DNA of 64,000 nucleotides from an uncultured Candidatus Saccharibacteria bacterium (GTDB lineage Bacteria; Patescibacteriota; Minisyncoccia; Phycocordibacterales; UBA12088). The notes beneath the pieces were generated by a model. The model had not been told where the DNA came from, ran no database searches, and was given only the letters and a program-made list of their open reading frames with translations. Below, in pieces: positions 21,591-30,097 of the stretch; the stretch's first letter is position 1; each line of letters starts with the position of its first letter. The DNA lies in the NCBI GenBank assembly GCA_964409035.1, contig CAYPBQ010000003.1, positions 41,530 through 105,529 on the forward strand, read 5' to 3'. A program made the translations under genes and the position numbers.

Positions 21591-23555
21591 TTGTATGTTG
21601 CAGCACTTGGAGTTTTCTCAATTCTTGTTGGAATGGGAGTCGCGGTAATACCAAGAAGCGATTACAGCCTTGCTTCACTTGAGGTGAAGGGGGGTACCCA
21701 AGGGGCTATTGTACCTGCAGGGAATGACGACATACTCTTTGAAATCCCAGACATGCCAACCGGTATCACAGATGACGAGATTGATACCATGTTAAATATT
21801 CCAGTAACAACCGGTAGCGTACCTACACCTCCTTCAACCTACACCGCACCCGCTCCCACCACGACCACAATACCCTCATCAACTGGAAACATTCCAGCGA
21901 CTGGTACTTCAATGCCGCCACAATCATCAACAGCAGGAGCAAGTGGTCAGGCGGAAAGTGTAAAAGCTACCACTCCAACAGCTAATCCAACAATGGTAAT
22001 TCCACCTACTTCTGCAGGAAATGTAACTACTAATCAAATACAAGCCGCAAAAGAGCAAGCATCAACCAAACAAACAATTCAAACCACAGGCACAGCACAA
22101 AGTGCGCGCACGCAACCAGCATCAGCAAAGCGCCCAGTTGAGAATACAAGCGCAGCAAAACAAAGCACACAAAATGCAACTGAAGATACCGCAGAGATAA
22201 GCGTAGAAGACAAGCAACGGATAGAACGACAAGCGCAATTGCGGGCAGAGCATCAAAAGCGTTTTGAACAAAATCAGATAAGTACGTATGGCACTACAGA
22301 TGCAACCGTTGCTGAAAAGCAAAAACAAAAATCACAATTGACTGAGCTTGGATCAACACTTCATGTACTTAATACCGAAGTATCACAGGTGAGTGACAAG
22401 GTGCTGGATTCGTTGACAAAAGATGTTGACGAAGCGCTCACGCAAATATCATTTACTGAATACACCGGAGTACAAATTGAAAATCCTGAAGTCCAACCAT
22501 TTGATAGTGACGCTCGTCAACAAAAGATTGAGACACTCAAAGCGCAACTTGAAGTGCGCAAAGATGCTATCCGCACTACAGTAAAAAATGGCATTGAAAA
22601 TAGGGTAATGGAAGAGGACTCCCTTGCCGCGCTTCAGTTGGTTCTTCAATCATCTATTGATGAGATAGAGTTATTAATACAAAACGAGACAGGTGTTAGT
22701 GTTGATTTATCTACTGGAAGCAGAGAAATAACAAATATCATAGAGCAAGGTAATGCCCGAATTGTCGAAGAACGAGAAAAATTGAAAACAAGAGACGGGC
22801 TCAATTTGTATAAAGACACCGACAGTGATGGTGTGTCAGATTATGATGAATCAAATATTTACTTTACAGACCCATGGAACGCACATACATCAGGCTCTAG
22901 TCTTACAGATGGTGAACGAATACTCCTTGGATTTGATCCACTTACTGATGATGCGGTACTCATACCAGTTGAGTCCCCAAGGGATGTAGCAGAATCAACT
23001 GATAATCTTTTTGAAGTGACGGCAATTACCTTAGAGCGCGTACTTGCAGATAATGATGAATTTGCTACCAGCACACCTGATTCAGATATGGCTACATCAT
23101 CTGATAGTGTTGATGATTTTATTTCTACAACCACACACACAGAAGTGCTTTCATTCTCAGGAAAGGGACTTCCTAATAGTTTTGTTACCCTCTATATATT
23201 TTCAACTCCAATTGTGGTTACAGTAAAAGCGGATAATGAAGGCGTGTGGCACTATTCGCTTGATGTTGCACTCGAAAACGGTGAGCATGAGCTATATGTT
23301 GCATCGGTTAACAGTGCTGGAAGGATTATTGCAAAAAGCCCTGCGGTTCCTTTTGTAAAGACAGCAGAGGCAGTTGAATTTGCGCCGCTTCTGCGACCTG
23401 AGATTGTTCCAACAGATCCTCTCAGCATCATAAAGCAGAATCTTCTTGCGGTAGGAGTATTACTTCTCGTGCTCTTTGGGTTTGTGGTTGTCCTCTTTAT
23501 GGGTATGTACCGAATGATATCAATGAAGCGACACCAAGAGCGAGATATTGCGTAG
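21591..23555 (+). CDS. Large exported/surface protein: Thr/Pro-rich linker, coiled region, DxDxDG Ca-binding repeat, Ig-like domain, C-terminal TM
   Basis: N- and C-terminal hydrophobic segments, DTDSDGVSDYDE..TDP, SGKGLPNSFVTLYIFS..GVWHY..LENGEH; start uncertain (frame open from 21519, TTG 21591). Confidence 0.8.
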   Translation: MYVAALGVFSILVGMGVAVIPRSDYSLASLEVKGGTQGAIVPAGNDDILFEIPDMPTGITDDEIDTMLNIPVTTGSVPTPPSTYTAPAPTTTTIPSSTGNIPATGTSMPPQSSTAGASGQAESVKATTPTANPTMVIPPTSAGNVTTNQIQAAKEQASTKQTIQTTGTAQSARTQPASAKRPVENTSAAKQSTQNATEDTAEISVEDKQRIERQAQLRAEHQKRFEQNQISTYGTTDATVAEKQKQKSQLTELGSTLHVLNTEVSQVSDKVLDSLTKDVDEALTQISFTEYTGVQIENPEVQPFDSDARQQKIETLKAQLEVRKDAIRTTVKNGIENRVMEEDSLAALQLVLQSSIDEIELLIQNETGVSVDLSTGSREITNIIEQGNARIVEEREKLKTRDGLNLYKDTDSDGVSDYDESNIYFTDPWNAHTSGSSLTDGERILLGFDPLTDDAVLIPVESPRDVAESTDNLFEVTAITLERVLADNDEFATSTPDSDMATSSDSVDDFISTTTHTEVLSFSGKGLPNSFVTLYIFSTPIVVTVKADNEGVWHYSLDVALENGEHELYVASVNSAGRIIAKSPAVPFVKTAEAVEFAPLLRPEIVPTDPLSIIKQNLLAVGVLLLVLFGFVVVLFMGMYRMISMKRHQERDIA

Positions 23556-23565
23556 GATAATTTGT

Positions 23566-24918
23566 ATGCCACATTCACTTATACGTACGCTTCGTGAAGG
23601 GGTGCGACAATTTACCGAACACCCACAATTGTTTTTAACTCTGCTAGTTGCAGTTGCGATTTTGTCTTCTTATCTATTTCTTGCTGAGCGATTTATTTCT
23701 ATTGCAACTGATGCGCAAGATAGACTTATAAATGTTCGAGTTGGCGCCATGCAGGACGCCTTTGCCCCCTTGGCTAGTGAATTATTATTATCACCAGACG
23801 TCCTCAGAGAGCACATGAGGACCATTGCTTCACAAAATCAGACTATTGTGGAGTTTTCTATTCTTGAGGAAGTAGCACCCCAGACGTGGTATACCTTAGT
23901 TTCTCTTGATATCGAAAAAGAATATATGCCTCATGAAGGGCATGACATTGTGCTTGGATTAGCATCTAATGATCCAAGTAACTCCTACACTACTCAAGAA
24001 TTTGAGGGTGGTGAAAGATACTTCAGAACCGCGAGAGCGGTGGTAAAAGATGGTGAGGTTCAAGGAGTCATTGTGACACGTCAATCGCTATCTGAGGCAG
24101 ATTTGCAGATAGCAAAGAGTATACGTGATGCGTCAATAATGCTTGGTTTTATACTTCTATTTCTTATGGTCTTGTTCTTTAAACATGCACGCATTATTGA
24201 CTACACGGTACTATACAAAAAGCTTAAAGAGCTTGATCAGCTCAAGGATGATTTTATATCAATGACAAGTCACGAATTGCGAACCCCACTTACCGCAATC
24301 AGAGGCTACGTAGAATTACTAGAACAAAAAAATGAAGTACGCACCACAGAGGGTAAACAGTTTTTAGGGAGAATAAATACTAGCGCAGAGGAATTGGATC
24401 AACTTATTTCAGATATACTCGATGTCACTCGACTAGAGCAGGGAAGACTATCCTTTACTCCCTCACACATTAGTCCACATACTATCGTTGAAGAAGTGGT
24501 AACCTCGTTAACTTTTAAGGCAAAGGAAAAAGGGCTTTCGCTCACAGCATCATTTGAACAAAACGCTACTATTTTTGTTGACCCTATTCGTCTAAAGCAG
24601 GTAATGGTAAATATTATTGGTAATGCAGTTAAATACACAAATAAAGGAGAGATTGTGGTAAGGGTGTATACCGTTAACGATAGGCTACTACTTAGGGTAA
24701 GCGATACTGGCATTGGTATGTCTGCTGAGGCGCAGAAAAGAATTTTTGAAAAGTTTTATCGAGCTGATTCTTCTGATGTGCAGCGAGAGGTTGGGACAGG
24801 CTTAGGACTGTGGATCACTAAACAGTTAGTTGAAAAAATGAACGGAACAATCTCGGTTGAATCAATAGAAGGAGTCGGGTCACATATTGTCGTATCCTTT
24901 CCTCTTGTGAATGGGTAA
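23566..24918 (+). CDS. Sensor histidine kinase (HisKA + HATPase_c)
   Basis: Two TMs, SHELRTPLT H-box, NAVKY N-box, DTGIGM, GTGLGL. Confidence 0.95.
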   Translation: MPHSLIRTLREGVRQFTEHPQLFLTLLVAVAILSSYLFLAERFISIATDAQDRLINVRVGAMQDAFAPLASELLLSPDVLREHMRTIASQNQTIVEFSILEEVAPQTWYTLVSLDIEKEYMPHEGHDIVLGLASNDPSNSYTTQEFEGGERYFRTARAVVKDGEVQGVIVTRQSLSEADLQIAKSIRDASIMLGFILLFLMVLFFKHARIIDYTVLYKKLKELDQLKDDFISMTSHELRTPLTAIRGYVELLEQKNEVRTTEGKQFLGRINTSAEELDQLISDILDVTRLEQGRLSFTPSHISPHTIVEEVVTSLTFKAKEKGLSLTASFEQNATIFVDPIRLKQVMVNIIGNAVKYTNKGEIVVRVYTVNDRLLLRVSDTGIGMSAEAQKRIFEKFYRADSSDVQREVGTGLGLWITKQLVEKMNGTISVESIEGVGSHIVVSFPLVNG

Positions 24919-24941
24919 CACTACATGGTACTCTTCGGTGC

Positions 24942-25367
24942 ATGTCCATAAGTGAACCATTTTCAAAACAATTGATTAAAAAGAGATCAGCTCTCGGTGG
25001 TATTGGTTTGTATACCTCAGTCCCACTAAAAAAGGGGACGTACGTTATTGAATACACAGGAGAGAAGATTACAGAAGAAGAGGCAAACAGACGTGGCGGT
25101 AAGTATTTGTTTACTATTAACAGCAGGTGGACAATAGACGGCAAGGATAGAAAGAATACCGCACGCTACATTAACCACTCATGTAAACCAAATTGCGAGG
25201 CTCAAATTAAAAAGGGAAGAGTGCTTATCTACGCGCTGAAAAATATTGGAGCGGGTGAGGAGCTTACCTTTGATTATGGAGAAGAGTATCTTAATGATAA
25301 AGACACCATGCCACATGGATGTAGATGCGCCGAGTGTCTAAAAAAGAAGGCGCTCACCACGGCATAG
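24942..25367 (+). CDS. SET-domain methyltransferase with post-SET Cys cluster
   Basis: GIGLY, EYTGE, ARYINHSCKPN, GEELTFDY, CRCAEC. Confidence 0.93.
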   Translation: MSISEPFSKQLIKKRSALGGIGLYTSVPLKKGTYVIEYTGEKITEEEANRRGGKYLFTINSRWTIDGKDRKNTARYINHSCKPNCEAQIKKGRVLIYALKNIGAGEELTFDYGEEYLNDKDTMPHGCRCAECLKKKALTTA

Positions 25368-25371
25368 AACT

Positions 25372-26034
25372 ATGCAAGTACAAATAGAGCAAAGTTGGAA
25401 AGAGGTCCTCCACGATGAGTTTTCCAAGGAATACTTCATTGCTCTTACAAAGTTTGTACGGGAAGAATATGCGCACGCCACTGTATACCCTCATCCGAAA
25501 AATATCTTTGCTGCGTTTGATGCGGTACCCTTTAAAGATGTAAGGGTGGTTATTGTTGGTCAGGACCCATATCATGGCGCACATCAAGCTAATGGACTAT
25601 GTTTTGCGGTAAATAGCGAAACTCCACACCCGCCGTCACTCAAAAATATTTTAAAAGAAATTGAAACTGATACTGGTCTAAAGAGCTCAGGTGACGGCAC
25701 GCTTACACATCTTGCATCACAAGGGGTATTACTTCTTAATTCAGTGCTTACCGTGCGGGCTGGAAGCCCCGCGTCACACCAACAGAGGGGGTGGGAGATG
25801 TTTACAGATGCGGTGATTAGGCAGCTCTCAGACAATGGTTCGCATATTGTTTTTTTGCTTTGGGGAAACTACGCTAAAGAAAAGGGTGCACACATTGATA
25901 GAGTAAAGCACTTAGTGCTTGAGGCAGCGCATCCATCACCATTTTCAGCGCACCAAGGATTTTTTGGCTCAAGACACTTCACTAGTGCTAATGCATATTT
26001 GAAATCTGTAGGAAGAAAGCCCATAGAGTGGTGA
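25372..26034 (+). CDS. ung: Uracil-DNA glycosylase family 1
   Basis: GQDPYH, GVLLLN, HPSPFS. Confidence 0.97.
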   Translation: MQVQIEQSWKEVLHDEFSKEYFIALTKFVREEYAHATVYPHPKNIFAAFDAVPFKDVRVVIVGQDPYHGAHQANGLCFAVNSETPHPPSLKNILKEIETDTGLKSSGDGTLTHLASQGVLLLNSVLTVRAGSPASHQQRGWEMFTDAVIRQLSDNGSHIVFLLWGNYAKEKGAHIDRVKHLVLEAAHPSPFSAHQGFFGSRHFTSANAYLKSVGRKPIEW

Positions 26035-26037
26035 TCG

Positions 26038-26253
26038 TTGCTAGGATATCACCCTAATGATATTACTATAGTAGTACTAGCTAAGCGCTGGAAGGAGGGT
26101 GTGATGTCGATCTTAGATGTGGAATCATCTGCCCGTCTCTATTTCTATAGAACAGTACGAAAAGTAAAAAATCAGATTTACAGAAAAATATTACGAGTCA
26201 CTGTATTTATAGATGTGTGGTATCACATTCTAAAAAGTATGATGTATCGCTAA
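26038..26253 (+). CDS. Hypothetical small protein (start possibly GTG/ATG near 26101 after GGAGG)
   Basis: ORF fills the gap before a terminator; GGAGG at about 26093. Confidence 0.35.
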   Translation: MLGYHPNDITIVVLAKRWKEGVMSILDVESSARLYFYRTVRKVKNQIYRKILRVTVFIDVWYHILKSMMYR

Positions 26254-26269
26254 ATAATGTAGAGATATA

Positions 26270-26301
26270 GTAAAAGGCCGGCATAAATGCCGGCCTTTTA
26301 C
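26270..26301. terminator. Bidirectional intrinsic terminator
   Basis: GTAAAAGGCCGGCAT-AA-ATGCCGGCCTTTTAC. Confidence 0.85.
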
Positions 26302-26315
26302 CTATCCTACAGATA

Positions 26316-26513
26316 TTACGCCTTTTGAACGTTCACTGCAGCAAGACCCTTAGGACCTTCAACTACCTCAAAGGTAACTGAATCTCCTTCACGCAATTCG
26401 TTGAACCCGTTTGGTACATCGTTCGCGTGGAAGAAAAGATCCTTATCATGTCCATCTCGACGGATAAAGCCGAAGCCTTTGTCCATGAGCTTGACGATTT
26501 GTCCTTTTTCCAT
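26316..26513 (-). CDS. Cold-shock domain protein
   Basis: KGFGFI (RNP1), DLFFH (RNP2), GPKGLAAVNV; start ATG 26513. Confidence 0.95.
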   Translation of the reverse strand: MEKGQIVKLMDKGFGFIRRDGHDKDLFFHANDVPNGFNELREGDSVTFEVVEGPKGLAAVNVQKA

Positions 26514-26685
26514 GTGTAGAACAAGAATTAATAACACAATAGCGCACCGTGTATAGACTTGACCTTGTCCTACCTCCAGGTACCTCTTGTCACCCTCTAC
26601 AGTAACAGGCTTTACTTATTTTGTCAATCTTTAGTGGGGATAGTGAGAGTGCTTTATGCCGTATTCATAATTACCTTAAAGAAGA

Positions 26686-26705
26686 AGCTCCGCCGAAGCG
26701 GAGCT
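26686..26705 (-). terminator. Probable terminator of the CooC-like operon
   Basis: AGCTCCGC-CGAA-GCGGAGCT hairpin; on the minus strand it has a UUCG loop and is followed by TCTTCTTT. Confidence 0.6.
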
Positions 26706-26737
26706 AAATAACCTTTGTGTAGGCGTGTTCTGCAAGT

Positions 26738-27202
26738 CTATAGACTTGAGGGGTCCGTGTTAACTGCTGCTAGTTGAATCTTGTAGTCAACATCGTGATC
26801 CAGGGGTCCACTGCTTACTTTGCATCCAGAACAACATATATTTGCCATGCTAAGATTCGGTATACCATGCATTGTCCCAAGATAGTTTTCTAGCACACGC
26901 TGGGCTACCTGATCGCCCAGTACGTCGTGAACCCATCTTGATAACTGAGATTCTCCATCGCTATGGGTCACTCTGTATGGCCCGTTACCTGCGATTTTTT
27001 TTACTGCATCATCAAATGGATCTGGTATTCTTTGCATGAATGCCAGCACCAGGTTTGATAAATATTCTACCAATCCTGGCATCTCCTGGTTGAGGCCTCC
27101 TATGAGGCCTTCAGAATGATTCCACACCTTCATCGCTGTTCTGCAGTCCACGTTGCATCCTCCATGGAGTAAGACTTGCTGGCGATCCTGCCAGCTTGCC
27201 AT
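26738..27202 (-). CDS. Hypothetical protein with Cys motifs (CxxxC, CCxxC)
   Basis: ORF downstream of the CooC-like gene; likely start MASWQD at 27202. Confidence 0.6.
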   Translation of the reverse strand: MASWQDRQQVLLHGGCNVDCRTAMKVWNHSEGLIGGLNQEMPGLVEYLSNLVLAFMQRIPDPFDDAVKKIAGNGPYRVTHSDGESQLSRWVHDVLGDQVAQRVLENYLGTMHGIPNLSMANICCSGCKVSSGPLDHDVDYKIQLAAVNTDPSSL

Positions 27203-27236
27203 GCGCAATAAATTTCGCAGGGCAAGCTGGCAGGAT

Positions 27237-27908
27237 CTATGCGACTCTAAGTATTTGTTCAATCGCCTTCGTTGTATCGATTTCAAGTCCAGCCTCCTTG
27301 TTATTCACAACCAGATACTGAATCTTTGAAAATCTAAGTTCTTCTTGTATCTGCTTTGCAACACGATGACTATTTACCGTTGGCTCCTGTATGATAACTA
27401 CCAAATCAACACCAGAAAGAATGCCTGTAGCCACTGGGTCAGTACCTGCTCGTTCGTCAATAACTACCATCTCACCCGAATTAAGCTTAAGTAAAGGAAG
27501 ATAGACTTTTAGAGGAGCAGCTAGCGAATGACTGCATGCTTCTTGCGAACGAACACGGCTGGTGTGTGGCCCTGCTGTCATCAAACGCAAACCCTCTTCG
27601 ATCTCTATAGATACACTGCTTGTGTAGGGGTCAGCAGGGAAGACTGAAAACGTTATCTCATTTTCCTTTCCTATTTGGAGTGCTTGAGCAAAACTTCCAT
27701 CACGAACTGAGCCTACGTATTCCTTGATGTGATCAGGATCAGTTCCGAGAAACAAACTCGGTTCAGCACCTAGGTTGTAGGAAAGGTCCATATTATGGTC
27801 TGCATCTATTGCAAGAACTTGCACTCCTTGTTTACGCAAATATCGCACAAAGGCTGTTGCCATCGTGGATTTTCCGCTACCTCCTTTGCCTAAAAATGCT
27901 ATTTTCAT
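27237..27908 (-). CDS. CooC/AcsF-like MinD-class ATPase (metal-insertion ATPase family)
   Basis: MKIAFLGKGGSGKS deviant Walker A, AIDADHNMDL, ACSH at the CooC CxC position, VIDERAG, VVNNK. Confidence 0.8.
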   Translation of the reverse strand: MKIAFLGKGGSGKSTMATAFVRYLRKQGVQVLAIDADHNMDLSYNLGAEPSLFLGTDPDHIKEYVGSVRDGSFAQALQIGKENEITFSVFPADPYTSSVSIEIEEGLRLMTAGPHTSRVRSQEACSHSLAAPLKVYLPLLKLNSGEMVVIDERAGTDPVATGILSGVDLVVIIQEPTVNSHRVAKQIQEELRFSKIQYLVVNNKEAGLEIDTTKAIEQILRVA

Positions 27909-27911
27909 AGA

Positions 27912-27982
27912 TGCAAATTAGTTGCGTGTATAAGATACCAGGTCAGCATTATATTTGCAAGTTATTTGCGTTTAGCTATAAT
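27912..27982. promoter_or_regulatory. Two copies of TGCAA-N5-TTGCG (candidate Fur-family operators) plus TATAAT in the divergent promoter region
   Basis: TGCAAATTAGTTGCG 27912-27926 and TGCAAGTTATTTGCG 27956-27970; TATAAT 27977-27982. Confidence 0.6.
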
Positions 27983-27988
27983 AAACGC

Positions 27989-28438
27989 ATGTATCATTCA
28001 AATAGATTTGCTGAACTGCTAAGAGAAAACGGCCTCCGGGCGACACCCGGCCGGGTGTCGATATTGGAAGCTCTAGAAGGAGAAAAGCCTCTAAGTATTG
28101 CCCAGCTAAAGCAGCGATTAAAACACCATCTTAACGACACAACCCTCTATCGGGCGCTTGAAGAAATGGCTAAGCGGGGAATTGTAGAGCGCGTAGATTT
28201 TAAGCATGATCATGCTCACTACGAACTAAAGGCTGGTATTGCGCATCATCACCATATTGTGTGCACAACCTGTGGTCTGGTTGAGGATGTAGAAGAATGT
28301 GATGTGTTTAAATTAGAGAAAAAAGTCCTCTCATCGACAAAACAATTTTCTGTTATTGAAAACCACTCGTTGGAATTTTTTGGGCTGTGTACTAGTTGCA
28401 GCAAAATGCCGAAATCCATTCAGGAAACTGCGTGCTAA
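27989..28438 (+). CDS. Fur/Zur family metal-responsive repressor
   Basis: GLRATPGR, TTLYRAL, HHHHIVCTTCG, HSLEFFGLCTSC. Confidence 0.93.
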   Translation: MYHSNRFAELLRENGLRATPGRVSILEALEGEKPLSIAQLKQRLKHHLNDTTLYRALEEMAKRGIVERVDFKHDHAHYELKAGIAHHHHIVCTTCGLVEDVEECDVFKLEKKVLSSTKQFSVIENHSLEFFGLCTSCSKMPKSIQETAC

Positions 28439-28532
28439 TAGAGATTAAAATCCTTTGTCGATCATTAAAAAAGCCCCACTGGTGCTGATGCCAACATATC
28501 GGTAAAAATTTTATTTCTGTATAATGTTAGGC

Positions 28533-29096
28533 ATGGAAGAGCTCTACAAGAGATATAAGGCGTGGAAATACAAAAACACTTTTTTCTTGATTTTTAGCTT
28601 GATTGTTCTTTTTTACATTACAGGAACAGATTTTGGTCAAGAAACTATACACAACATTTCTAGGCTTGGTTATGTTGGGTCGTTTGTTGCCGGTGGATTT
28701 TTTGTATCCACTTTTACGGTTGCCCCTGCGGGTGTGGTATTGTTCAAGCTTGCACAGATGTACAACCCTCTTTTAATTGCCTTGTCTGCAGGATTTGGTG
28801 CAGTTATAGGTGATTATCTTATTTTTAGATTTCTCAAAGATAATGTTTTTGAAGAGATTAAACCAGTATTTATGAAGCTTGGCGGGTCTAATCTTTCACG
28901 TCTAATAAGTACACCTTATTTTGCTTGGCTTGCTCCTGTTCTCGGGGCTTTAATTATTGCTTCGCCATTTCCTGATGAAATCGGCGTAGGTCTTATGGGT
29001 ATTTCAAAGTTAAAAAACTGGCAGTTTCTTACTATTTCATTTCTACTCAACAGTTTAGGAATACTACTTATTATCACGATAGCAAAGTCAGTATAG
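28533..29096 (+). CDS. DedA/VTT-like membrane protein
   Basis: Multiple TMs, GAVIGDYLIFRF, SPFPDE motif; ATG 7 nt after TATAAT. Confidence 0.7.
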   Translation: MEELYKRYKAWKYKNTFFLIFSLIVLFYITGTDFGQETIHNISRLGYVGSFVAGGFFVSTFTVAPAGVVLFKLAQMYNPLLIALSAGFGAVIGDYLIFRFLKDNVFEEIKPVFMKLGGSNLSRLISTPYFAWLAPVLGALIIASPFPDEIGVGLMGISKLKNWQFLTISFLLNSLGILLIITIAKSV

Positions 29097-29209
29097 TCAC
29101 ACTTCATACCCACCGCATAATCAGCCTATTGAGCTTGCGCAGTGGTATACGTCGAAACCTTCGACTACTCCCTTACAAGGACTTCATGCAAGGGAGTAAT
29201 CTTTAAACT

Positions 29210-29311
29210 TTGCTCGCTTGGCAGGACGATTTTCGAACGATTGATTGGGCTAAAGAATACCCATTTCCAAACATTGCCTTGAGAGAGATAGAAGAACTTT
29301 TACTTGTTTGA
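29210..29311 (+). other. Left att junction carrying the displaced 3' end of the recombinase gene
   Basis: Translates LLAWQDDFRTIDWAKEYPFPNIALREIEELLLV*, in frame with recombinase codon 513 when the TTGCTC cores are joined. Confidence 0.75.
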
Positions 29312-30094
29312 TTTTTTAATCGAGGTTTCTTTTATTCTCTTTTCAGCCATTTTTATATATTTATCCTCCTTTTCAATACCAATCCAATCTCGCCCAAGAC
29401 TTTTTGCCACTGAAGCAGTAGTACCGCTTCCCAAAAATGGGTCAAGAATTACATCATTAGGATTTGAAGAAGCGATTATAGTCCTCCTTACTAACTCTTC
29501 AGGTTTCTGTGTGGGGTGGGAAGCACGTCCATCTTTTCCTCTGATCCTTTCCTTACCTTGAACTAAAGGTAGTGACCATACGTCACGCATTTGCTTCAGA
29601 CTGCCATCAAGTTGCTTTTCTGGGTTAATTTTTTTGAGTTCGTCATAGTTGAATACCCACTTTTTACCTTTAACAGCCCAGACGACAAACTCTGTAGAGT
29701 GAGTAAATACTCTTCGGGTCATATTTGGCATGGCGTTAGTTTTTTGCCAAGTAATTATGTTGAGTATATTGAAATTGAGATTCTTCAGGCTCATTATTAT
29801 CTCACCAATGTTGTGATATGTACCACAAATATAAATTGAGCCGTTATTCTTTAATACACGGTGACTAGCTTTAATCCATTCTTGATTAAAAATAAGGAAG
29901 TCAGATGGGGTCATTTGATCCCAAGCTTCATTTACCATAAACCAATCTCCACCAGTTTTGTTTCCTTTCCATTTCAGACCATTGCCAGAAAGGTTGTATG
30001 GAGGATCGGCAAAAATCATATCGACACTTTCCTTGTCGATTTTCGTGTTCATTATTGCGGTGCAATCACCTTTATAAATTAAATTCTTTTTCAT
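29300..30094 (-). CDS. Beta-class N4-C/N6-A DNA methyltransferase (second MTase of type IIS system)
   Basis: FADPPY motif IV precedes HPTQKP and ILDPFLGSGT motif I. Confidence 0.95.
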   Translation of the reverse strand: MKKNLIYKGDCTAIMNTKIDKESVDMIFADPPYNLSGNGLKWKGNKTGGDWFMVNEAWDQMTPSDFLIFNQEWIKASHRVLKNNGSIYICGTYHNIGEIIMSLKNLNFNILNIITWQKTNAMPNMTRRVFTHSTEFVVWAVKGKKWVFNYDELKKINPEKQLDGSLKQMRDVWSLPLVQGKERIRGKDGRASHPTQKPEELVRRTIIASSNPNDVILDPFLGSGTTASVAKSLGRDWIGIEKEDKYIKMAEKRIKETSIKKSNK

Positions 30095-30097
30095 AAA

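Noticed and set aside
26700-29200. Second tandem integrated element (CooC/Fur/DedA block)
   Set aside because: It looks accessory, but I found no att core, integrase remnant or clear left boundary
29216-29240. Displaced tRNA 3' fragment (tyrosine-integrase style direct repeat)
   Set aside because: It does not complement the tRNA-Asn 5' half; it is better explained as the attP right arm with crossover at TC
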